A DNA stretch of 17,925 nt from Octopus sinensis. Taxonomy: Eukaryota. The position numbers and the translations under genes are program-made. Shown here in pieces: positions 1 through 8,482 of this stretch. Position 1 is the stretch's first letter; each line of letters opens with the position of its first letter. The stretch lies in assembly GCF_006345805.1 (NCBI RefSeq), contig NW_021824626.1:1-17925 (forward strand). Reading direction: 5' to 3'. The notes beneath the pieces were generated by a model. It ran no database searches and was not told where the DNA came from. It saw only the letters and a list, made by a program, of their open reading frames with translations.

Positions 1-429
1 TCTTGGTCGGCCTCTTCCTCTCTTGCCACTGACCATTCTGAGCATGATGTCATTCTCCAGGGATTTTCTCCGCATAATACGACCGAAATATGCCAATCTA
101 TGCTTTCTGATCCTAGCTTCTAGCGACAGTTTCGTCTTAAGAACTTCTCCATTGGTGAGCCTCGCTGTCCATGGAATCTGTAAAAGTCTTCTCCAACACC
201 AAAGCTCGAATGCATTAATTCTCTTCTGGTCAGCTTTCTTTAGTGTCCAGGTCTCGCATCCATATGTTGCTATTGGGAAGACAATTGCATTCATCAATCT
301 GCATTTGGTAGCGAGTCTGATGTCTCTACTTTTCCAGACCCTGCTCATGCTGACCATTGCCTCTCTGCATAGTACTATCCACCGCCTTATTTCTGGAGTG
401 CAGTCACCATCTCGATTTATTTTGGAGAT
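1..429 (-). mobile_element. 5'-truncated RTE-clade (BovB-like) LINE, C-terminal part of ORF; runs off the window start
   Basis: Manual minus-strand translation has no stop over 143 codons: ISKINRDGDCTPEIRRWIVLCREAMVSMSRVWKSRDIRLATKCRLMNAIVFPIATYGCETWTLKKADQKRINAFELWCWRRLLQIPWTARLTNGEVLKTKLSLEARIRKHRLAYFGRIMRRKSLENDIMLRMVSGKRGRGRPR. YGCETWTL, FELWCWRR.L.I.W and GKRGRGRP are typical of the RTE post-RT region. The 5' end abuts an (ATA)n tract. Confidence 0.92.
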
Positions 430-692
430 AATAATAATAATAATAATGATAATAAAACAAGTTGAATGAAAGGGAGATAATAATAGTGCTAGTGATCCCA
501 ACAAGAGAAGATTCTCGTGCGTGTGCACGTATGTGAGAATGGTGTGTGTGAGTGTGTATGTGTGAATAGGGGCGAGTGACTGACGTGTGAGTGAGAATGT
601 GTGAGCACGAGCGCGTGCGTGTATATATATATATATATATTATAATATATTATATATATATAATATATTATATATATATGTATGTATGTATA
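428..692. repeat. (ATA)n, GT-rich and (TA)n microsatellite block
   Basis: Directly visible simple repeats with short spacers. Confidence 0.85.
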
Positions 693-860
693 TAGATCGC
701 TAGCCACTATACATTATTTTATCTCCTTGTTCTTTCTGTGGAAGAGCGTAGGCTCGAAACATTAAAGACTTTTTTACTTCCCGAGTGTTATACTAATACA
801 TCTGTTTGTTTTGTACATCACCTGTCTTCGTCTTTTGTTTTTTTTTTGTGAATTCTCCCT
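693..860 (+). mobile_element. Short interspersed element (family P), probable Penelope-like terminal-repeat remnant; uninterrupted copy
   Basis: Reverse complement matches 4945-5010 plus 6304-6418 in this window. It carries a hammerhead-like motif at 731-768, and its ...CTCCCT end runs into (TA)10 at 861-880. Confidence 0.7.
731..768 (+). ncRNA. Variant minimal type I hammerhead-like motif
   Basis: UCUUU-CUGUGGA-A-GAGC(GUAG)GCUC-GAAA-CA-UU-AAAGA gives a 5-bp stem I and a 4-bp stem II. The core departs from CUGANGA at A6 and stem III is not palindromic in this copy. Confidence 0.4.
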
Positions 861-880
861 ATATATATATATATATATAT

Positions 881-1355
881 ACCGATAGGGCACAGAAAGT
901 GTGCCTATAGCCAGCTGGAGGAGATGTTCTCCTGGGGATACAAGCTACAGTAGCATCCACCCTTAGGGGTTAGCCATACTTAGGTGGCAAATATACCTCA
1001 ATTTGTTGTGCAGTTACTGTTTATACCTCGTTCAGAGATTTATTATTGCTTGCTTACACTTTTTCGTGATCAGTGGCGAAAATTTACTGGAAAAAGGATA
1101 TAAATATTTGCATTGGGAACTCCTTTCATCGAAAACCGGTGACTGTCGTGCGCTGATGACGGGTCAATACCCAGAAACTGCAGTCCGTGCGTATCACTGA
1201 GGTTGACGGGAGAAAGATCACCACCCTCTGCAAATACCGATAGGGCACAGAAAGTGTGCCTATAGCCAGCTGGAAGAGATGTTCTCCTGGGGCTACAAGC
1301 TACAGTAACACACACCCTTAGGGGTTAGCCATATTGAGATGGCAAATATACCTCA
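881..1355 (+). mobile_element. Penelope-like/retrozyme-type non-autonomous element: 355-nt unit plus 120-bp terminal direct repeat
   Basis: 881-1000 and 1236-1355 are direct repeats (8 mismatches in 120 by manual alignment) around a 235-bp core holding a hammerhead motif. TA-rich microsatellite lies on both sides and there is no coding capacity. Confidence 0.75.
1138..1198 (+). ncRNA. Minimal type I hammerhead ribozyme with palindromic stem III loop
   Basis: Stem I CGUGCG(1147-1152)/CGUGCG(1186-1191) with two G-U pairs, extended by GGUGA/UCACU. Core CUGAUGA 1153-1159. Stem II GGGU-CAAU-ACCC with C1160.A1173 mismatched at its base. GAAA 1174-1177, then C-UGCA-G, then UC. Predicted cleavage after C1185. 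Confidence 0.78.
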
Positions 1356-1357
1356 CA

Positions 1358-1393
<36 letters not shown>

Positions 1394-1905
1394 TGCATGC
1401 TAGCCTAATAGCCGCACTCCATTCAGTGTTTTAATCTAGGTGCTGCGAAGGGCCAATTGAGCCTGCAGCCCCTAACTAAAGAGACCTAAATAACATAACT
1501 ATGATACAGCTATAATGACTATGGGCCCCAGTAGTGTTTTATCAGAGGTTAAGGATGGGTGAGAATTAATTCTGTAAGGTAATCATTCTATTGTTCCAGT
1601 CGCAAGCTGAATTCCAATTGTTGGCCATTTTATACCAAAGTTCTTACCTCGACATAAAAGAAACAAAGCGAATGGCATTTATCTCCACCTTGATCTCTGA
1701 CGTCATCTGACAATCTCCAACCAAGATAGCGTGATTCAGCCACCTATACTTGCTAGAAATAGCAAACCGAAAGCTTTTAAATCAGATGCCAATGCTGGTT
1801 GTTGAAGAACCAAATGACGGCCAGGTTTTCAATCCCAGACAGACAGAATTTCGCCTTACCTATCATTATTATTATTATATTATTATTATTATTATTATTA
1901 TTATT

Positions 1906-2361
1906 CTATGTTTGACTTTTGCTTTACATTTGTACAAGTTGGCTCCAAGTCTCACCCAGAGACCTCAAGAGACAAGTTAGAAGTTTATATTGGTGTTATG
2001 CCTAGGGTGTCATATATTTGGTTTTGTACTTAGTGTTGTACTAGTGAATGCCTAAAAACCATAAGAAAATTATGTTTGTTTTAAAAGTTGAGATTACATA
2101 GAAAGTATTTTGCGTAGGATATGGGCAGTTCCCATGAGGACTATCTCTTGAATTTCTGCCGTTTTGGGGTTTTCTGGTATCTGAGTTTGGTAGCAATCAG
2201 CACTTTTTGCTATCATTCCCAGGGCACTTATGACAACAGGCATTGTTTTAGTCTTCAGGTTCCACATTTTGCTGATTTCTATTTCAAGATCTTTATATTT
2301 GCTCAGTTTCTGGTAGGTCTTGACAGATATGTTTATATCGATTGGGACAGTCATATCAATG
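1906..2361 (-). mobile_element. 5'-truncated R4/Dong-like non-LTR retrotransposon: C-terminal restriction-like endonuclease region plus 3' UTR
   Basis: IDMTVPIDINISVKTYQKLSKYKDLEIEISKMWNLKTKTMPVVISALG...VLMGTAHILRKILSM* (stop 2096-2094) fits the RLE-domain C-terminus (ID..VP.D.N...K..EK..KY.DL..EI..MW...PVVIGALG). Flanked by (TAT)n at 1861-1905 and 2364-2408. Confidence 0.88.
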
Positions 2362-2378
2362 TTTTATTATTATTATTA

Positions 2379-2408
<30 letters not shown>

Positions 2409-2412
<4 letters not shown>

Positions 2413-2830
2413 GCACACATACATACGTACATATTTATTCCTAAGTATGAATATAGATACATAGAAAGATAAATAGATACATAAGTACATACATAGATGG
2501 GTAATAGATATATACACACATACATACAAACAGACATACATTTAGCGATTGTTATATATATATATATATAAATATATATACATACACACATACATATATA
2601 TGTGTGTGTACATTTATGTGTGTGCATATGTATACAGGTACAGATGTGCGTATATACAAGTATGTATATTCATGTATGTATGTATGTATATACACATATA
2701 CACACATGTACATGTATAGCATACGTGTATATACATGTGCGTATATATATATATATATATATACACGCACACATGTAAGTACACACACAAATACACATAC
2801 ATACCCAGGTATTCATATAGGTGTATGCGT
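2409..2830. repeat. Mixed TA/TG/CA low-complexity tract
   Basis: Directly visible; source of several spurious ORFs. Confidence 0.85.
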
Positions 2831-3029
2831 CGGTACAGGTGAAGTTCTCTAATCACATGTTATTCCACATCAAACGGGTATATCCAAGAGGGTGTATAAA
2901 CAACAAAGTATTCTTCAATACTCTTTATATACACAATACCCGACCTCGGGTAGCACAAAATACTTTCAGCTGTCTCCAAACACACAAGGCAGTCTATTGA
3001 ATAAGCGGTTTTGAAAGACGCTTCACGGG

Positions 3030-3631
3030 TGTATAGACACCTGGGTGTATATATGTGTGTGTGTTTGTGTGTATGTTAACGCTTGTGAGGGTAGGTGAGA
3101 TATGTGTGTGTCGGGTGTAGGTGTATGAGCGTGTAGAGGAGGCGGGGAGGGGTGGGTGTTAAGCGGGTATGTATGTGTGTATCGGTAGGTGTGTGTGTGT
3201 GTGCGTGTTTGGGTATGTGTGTAGGGGGTGTATACAGAGGTGAGTAGATATGGTGTGGATGTGTGTGTGTGTGTGTTTGGGTATGTGTGTAGGGGGTGTA
3301 TACAGAGGTGAGTAGATATGGTGTGGATGTGTGTGTGTGTGTGTTTGGGTATGTGTGTAGGGGGTGTATACAGAGGTGAGTAGATATGGTGTGGATGTGT
3401 GTGTGTGTGTGTTTGTGCGCGCATGTGTGTAATTGTGCGGATGTGCCTTTGTATGTGTGTGTGTGTGTGCGTGTGTGTGTGAATGTGTATGTAGGTGTGT
3501 GTTTGTGCATATGACCGTATGTACTTTCGAAGATGTGCATAGGGGGGTGTTTGTGTGTTTGTGTGTGTGTAGCGAGTTAACAAACCAAAGAAAGCACTCA
3601 ATACGCTTTGCTGCATATATACACACACATG

Positions 3632-3673
<42 letters not shown>

Positions 3674-3850
3674 GTACACATACACACACAAGTACACACA
3701 GGCACACAAGTACACACACATGCATGCACGCATACACATACATGCACACACATGCACAAACACATGCACACACAACCATGTATACACACATGCACACATA
3801 CATGTACGGACACATGCACGCACACACACACACATGCACACACACATACA
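3030..3850. repeat. GT-rich tract (to ~3570) facing a CA-rich tract (from ~3615), including 3 x 68-bp minisatellite at 3208-3411
   Basis: TTTGGGTATGTGTGTAGGGGGTGTATACAGAGGTGAGTAGATATGGTGTGGAT(GT)n starts at 3208, 3276 and 3344. Confidence 0.9.
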
Positions 3851-4138
3851 TTTCAGTCATTTGACTGCGACCATGCTGGAGCACCGCCATTTGTCGAACT
3901 TATTTTTTGTAAGCCTAGTACTTATTCTATCGGTTTCTCTTTTGCCGAACCGCTACGTTACAGGGACGTAAACACGCCAGCATCGGTTGTCAAGCGATAG
4001 GGTGGGGGACAAACACACACAAATACATACATCCATACATACATACATCCATACATATACGACAGGCTTCATTCAGTTTCCGTCTACCAAATCCATTCAC
4101 AAGGATGGGTAGCAAGCTTCTTGCCACACGTCCACACC
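3851..4138 (-). mobile_element. tRNA-derived SINE family A (Octopus OR-like), copy with internal deletion in the head
   Basis: Aligns to the full-length copy at 14962-15355. It jumps from ...CACAAGG (4104) directly to the head remnant GGTAGCAAGC...CCACACC, losing the B-box region. Confidence 0.88.
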
Positions 4139-4155
4139 TGAGCTTTATATATATA

Positions 4156-4523
4156 CTAGCAGTATCGCCCGGCGTTGCTCGGGTTTGTAAGGGAAATAAC
4201 TATAAAACATTTTTAGAGATTTATAGCCAAAAAATAGCAAAAAAATGGTAAATTTTTTGAGAGTTAAAAAGGTCGAGTTGCGTCCCCTAGACAGTCTGTG
4301 GTTTGTGTTTCTGATTCTCGACCCCATGTCGAATTTATCGATTTTTTTCAGAACTGGGGGAACTTTTCAAAATTTTCGCTGTGTTAGTTTTGAATTATGA
4401 CATTGGGCTATGTGTGTGTCAAGTTTCATCAGAATCGGTTGAAAGCCGTGGTCAGGGTGAGGGTACAACCTGACAGACACACAGAAACACACACAGACAA
4501 ACTGCCGTTTTTATATAGAGAGA
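4156..4523 (-). mobile_element. Non-autonomous Helitron (368 bp)
   Basis: The minus strand starts TC (TCTCTCTATATAAAA) and ends CTAG, with a subterminal GC hairpin CCCG-AGCAACGC-CGGG (4168-4183). It sits between A and T with no TSD, which are the canonical Helitron termini. Confidence 0.85.
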
Positions 4524-4533
4524 TACACATATC

Positions 4534-4680
4534 ATAATTTAGGGTATCTAAGAGATACCTCCACGCTGGAAATAGCAGTCAAAACTTCACTCTAAAACCA
4601 CATTAAATCTTCATACAGCACCAGGAGAGATTTGACTGCTATTTCCAGAGTGTCAGTATCTCTTAGATACCCTAAATTAT
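4534..4680. repeat. 147-bp palindromic (MITE-like/foldback) element
   Basis: Perfect 25-bp inverted repeat 4534-4558/4656-4680 plus perfect 18-bp inverted repeat 4566-4583/4631-4648, with a 47-nt spacer. Confidence 0.85.
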
Positions 4681-4771
4681 AATATTAAATAATTATAACC
4701 TTTGAAAGGTTTTTGTTCCCATGGTGGATCATCTGATAAGATCGTTATTTAAATATCGATTTTATCCTTTA

Positions 4772-4910
4772 TATGTGTGTTTGTATATGTTTGTGTGTCT
4801 GTGCCTGTCCCTCGAACATCGCTTGACAACCGATGCTGGTGTGTTTACCTCCCCGTAACTTAGCGGCAAAAGAGACCGATAGAATAAATACTACGCTTAC
4901 AATGAATAAG

Positions 4911-4912
<2 letters not shown>
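4772..4912 (+). mobile_element. SINE family A, internal fragment
   Basis: CATCGCTTGACAACCGATGCTGGTGTGTTTAC...GAGACCGATAGAATAA matches the 3' half of 14962-15355; it ends at (TA)n 4913-4944. Confidence 0.85.
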
Positions 4913-4948
<36 letters not shown>

Positions 4949-5010
4949 AGAGTTTACGAAAACAACAAAAGACGAAGACAGGTGGTGTACAAAACAAACA
5001 AACAGATGTA

Positions 5011-6301
5011 CGAGGGACGTTCAATAAGTAATGCCTCTGACCCACTTGCCTTTGTTTGATCTAGCTGAAAGTTTGCATGTGCAATTATTGATATCTCTAT
5101 AGATTAAGTGGTAAATTACAGCTCCGAACTAATTGTGGTTTCTGATTTACAGGTGTTTGAAATGAGTCAAGTTGGAAATGGAGCATGTTGAGTGTCGAGC
5201 AGTGATCCGGTTTTTGTATTTGAAATGACGCACACCACAGAAGACTTTTAATGAAATGAAAGTAACTTATGGTGATAATGCCCCATCATATGACCTTGTA
5301 AAACGCTGGCATCGTGAATTCAAAAATGGTCGGAACTCTGTGGAAACAGCTCCCAGATCTGGTCGCATCCCTTCTGCTATTGATGAGGCATCTGTCCGTC
5401 AAGTTGAGGCTGCCATTTTGGAAGATCGACGCATAACTATTCGCCAAATAGCCCATGAGGTCAAGATTAGTTCCGGGTCTGTGGAAACTATCATTCATGA
5501 CCATTTGCATATGCAAAAGGTGTCTGCCAGATGGATTTCCAGGTTGCTCACACTTTTCCAGAAGCAAGGACGCAAGAATTCCAGAAGCAAGAATTTAGGG
5601 ATGTGCCAAGAAGATGAGTCAAAATTTTTCAAAAGACTGATTACACAGGATTAGACCTGCGTCCATCACTATGATCCAGAGACCAAAGCCCAGTCAATGC
5701 AGTGGAGGCACCATGACTCACCTCCTCCAAAGAAGGCAAGGGTGCAGCCCTCCGCTGGCAAGGTCATGCTCACAGTCTTCTGGGACCAGGACGGAGTAGT
5801 GATGACAGATTTCCTGGCAAAGGGTACCACAATTACAGGAGCCTATCATGTTTCACTTTTGAGGAAATTAAGAGAAGCTATCGAAACCAAGAGGCGGGGC
5901 AAGATCAGCAAAGGCATCCTCCTCCTGCAGGACAACGCTCCGGTCCACAACTCGCGTGTCGCCAGATCAGAAGCACAGGCGTGTGGCTATGAACTCATCC
6001 CCCATCCCCTACTCTCCTGACCTTGCACCCTCTGATTTTCACCTCTTCCCAGCCATGAAGTTGTTTTTGAAAGGAAAGCGTTTCCCAGATGATGCAGCCT
6101 TGATTTCTGAAGTCACGTCGTGGTTGGAGGACCAAACTGGGGTCTTCTACGAAAACGGTCTCCAGAACTGCATCAAACGATGGGAGAAATGCGTAACTCT
6201 GGGTGTTTCCTATGTAGAAAAAGACTAATACCTGTGCCAAGTTTCGTTGCTCTACTGCTATGGGAAGTGGGTCAGGGGCATTACTTATTGAACGCCCCTC
6301 G
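5011..6301 (+). mobile_element. Full-length mariner (DD34D) DNA transposon, 1291 bp
   Basis: 37-bp TIRs 5011-5047 and 6265-6301 (2 mismatches), TA target-site duplication at 5009-5010 and 6302-6303, internal transposase pseudogene. Confidence 0.97.
5178..6228 (+). pseudogene. Mariner transposase pseudogene
   Basis: MEHVECRAVIRFLYLK*... then KVSARWISRLL (WVPRLL motif), ITQD*TC, QDNAPVH and YSPDLAPSDFHLF. In-frame stops at 5226-5228 and 5652-5654 and a frameshift in the C-run near 6005-6010. Restoring HPPY gives 34 residues between the second and third catalytic Asp. Confidence 0.95.
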
Positions 6302-6430
6302 TATTAGTATAATGCTCAGGAATAGAAAAATCTGTTATGTTTCGAGCCTACGCTCTTCTACAGAAAGGGACACAGAAAAAACAAGGAGAGAAAAAAATGT
6401 GTAGTGGCTAACGATCTATTATGGCGACTC

Positions 6431-6602
6431 ATATATATATATATGATGGGATTCTTTCTAGTTTCCGTCGATCAAATCCACTCACAAGGCTTTGGTTGTC
6501 TTGGGGCTATAGCAGAAGATACTTGCTCAATGTGCCACGCAGTGGGACCGAACCTGGAACCATGTGGTTGTTTAAGAAACAAACTTCCTACCACGCACCC
6601 AC
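6431..6602 (-). mobile_element. SINE family A, diverged 5' half
   Basis: Reverse complement of head and body (CAAATCCACTCACAAGGCTTTGG...GTGCCACGCAGTGGGACCGAACC). Confidence 0.85.
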
Positions 6603-6640
6603 GGCGATCCTTACTACCTAAACATCCACCCGCTTTCACC

Positions 6641-6672
<32 letters not shown>

Positions 6673-6984
6673 CTATCCCGATCACTAATTAACGATTTTT
6701 ATACGCACCCACCTCCACCCACGACCACCACCACCGCCGAAATCTTATTCCGTGTGTTTGTGTATTCATCGTCGACCTGGGCTGGCTGTATTCATATCTC
6801 CTTCACCAACACCACCGTCACTGCTACTGCTGCGGCTCCTGCTACTATCATTGATGTCATTGTTACGGGTGCCGCCTCACGTTTCTTTCATCTGTGGTTT
6901 GGGGACTTATTCACCGTGACGGGGTGCGACCCACTCGGATACAAGCGTTACTGTATAGCCAGGTAGACGTAGGTGTCTTTATGA

Positions 6985-7620
6985 TACGTGTGTGTATAGG
7001 AGAGAGAGAGTGTGTGTGTGTGTGTGAAAGTATGTGTGTGAAAGTGTGTGTATGTGTGAGTGAGTGTTTGTATGAGAGCGTATGTGTAAGTATGTGTGTG
7101 TACATGTATATGTGTGTGAGTGTGAGAGAGAGTGTGTGTGAAAGTGTGTGTGAGAGTGTGTGAGAGAGAGTGTGTGTGTATGAGAGAGAGAGTGTGTGTG
7201 TGAGAGAGAGGTGTGTGTGTGTGAGAGAGAGTGTATGTGTGTGAATGTGTATGTGTCTGTATGTCAGTCTGCCCCACCCGTCATCACTTAACTACCGATG
7301 TTGGTCTGTTTACGTCCTTCTAATTTGATTGTTCGACAAAAACGAGAGTGATTAAATATAAAGAACAAGAAAGCAATGGGTGTTGTGAGAGAGAGAGAGA
7401 GAGAGAGAGAATGAGTGTGTGTGTTAAAGGGGGAGTGTGTGTTTGTGAGAGTGTGTGCGTGTGAATGTGTAAGTTTCTGTGTGTTTGTGAGAGTGTGTGA
7501 GTGTGTGTTTGAATGGGGGGGGGTGTATGTTTTTGTGTGGTATACGCATATGCTGTGTGTGTGTAAGTCCGTGTGACTGCATTTGTTTGTATATATATAT
7601 ATGTGTGTGCATCGCACATA
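6985..7620. repeat. (GT)/(GA) microsatellite tracts interrupted by a degenerate SINE family A fragment (~7251-7350, +)
   Basis: Simple repeats are directly visible; ACCGATGTTGGTCTGTTTACGTCC is a family A motif. Confidence 0.8.
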
Positions 7621-7695
7621 TACACACCGCTACGTTTCTGCACCTACAACAACCCATATCAGAGTGTGTCTGTATGTATAATATATGTACAAAAA

Positions 7696-8096
7696 GCGGC
7701 AAGTTGGCAGAAACGTTAGCACGCCGGGCGACATGCGTAGCCGTATTTCGTCTGCCGCTACGTTCTGAGTTCAAATTCCGCCAAGGTCAACTTTGCCTTT
7801 CATCCTTTCAGGGTCGATTAAATTAGTACCAGTTACGAACTGGGGTCGATATAATCGACTTAATCCGTTTGTCTGTCCTTGTTTGTCCCCTCCATGTTTA
7901 GCCCCTTGTGGGCAGTAAAGAAATAGGTATTTCATGTCTTTACGTTCTGAGTTCAAATTCCGCAGAGGTCGACTGTGCCTTTCATCCTTTTGGGGTCGTA
8001 AAAATTAAGTACCAGTTGCGTACTTGGGTCGAACTGATCGACTAGGCCCCTTCACCCCAAAATTTCGGGCCTTGTGACAAGAGTAGAAAAGAATAT
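7696..8096 (+). mobile_element. tRNA-derived SINE family B (Octopus-type), full length with internally duplicated module
   Basis: A-box-like TGGCAGAAACG (~7705) and B-box GAGTTCAAATTCC at 7767-7779, repeated at 7949-7961. The module TACGTTCTGAGTTCAAATTCCGC...GGGTCGA is present twice, and the element ends in an A-rich tail. Confidence 0.85.
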
Positions 8097-8140
8097 ACTG
8101 TGCAACTTTGTGTGTATGTGGGCGTGTATTCTTTTACGGG

Positions 8141-8362
8141 TTTCAGTCTTTTGACTGCGGCCATGATGGAGCACCGCCTTAAAGGGGTGTTTTTTAGTTG
8201 AAACAAATCAACCACAGGACGTTATTATTATTTTTTAAACCTTAATACTTATTCTAATCGGTTTCTTTTGCCGAGCTACAACTTTACGAGGACGTATACG
8301 CACCAACACCGGTTGTTAAGCGGTGGTGGAGAAGAAACACACACACACAAACAAACAAACAA

Positions 8363-8395
<33 letters not shown>

Positions 8396-8480
8396 ACAAG
8401 CTTCTTTCAGTTTCCGTCTACCAAATCCACTCTCGAAGATTTGGTCGGCCCGAGGCTATAGTAGAAGACACTTGCCCAAG
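8141..8480 (-). mobile_element. SINE family A, 5'-truncated
   Basis: Reverse complement of the 3' tail through CTTGCCCAAG. Confidence 0.88.
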
Positions 8481-8482
8481 CC

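Larger units (their letters stand above)
4945..6418 (-). mobile_element. Family P element split by the mariner insertion (pieces 4945-5010 and 6304-6418)
   Basis: Joining the two pieces at a single TA reconstructs the reverse complement of 693-860. The hammerhead-like motif is at 6331-6368 on the minus strand. Confidence 0.8.

Noticed and set aside
23-469. 148-aa plus-strand ORF
   Set aside because: Antisense shadow of the RTE coding frame; no independent protein features.
1640-1710. Possible minus-strand exon ending at GAG|GTAAG (donor near 1647)
   Set aside because: No convincing polypyrimidine acceptor and the peptide is unrecognisable; a single donor match is expected by chance.
5178-6228. 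Domesticated SETMAR-like gene
   Set aside because: Intact TIRs and TSD, two stops, a frameshift and no SET domain; it is an ordinary dead mariner.
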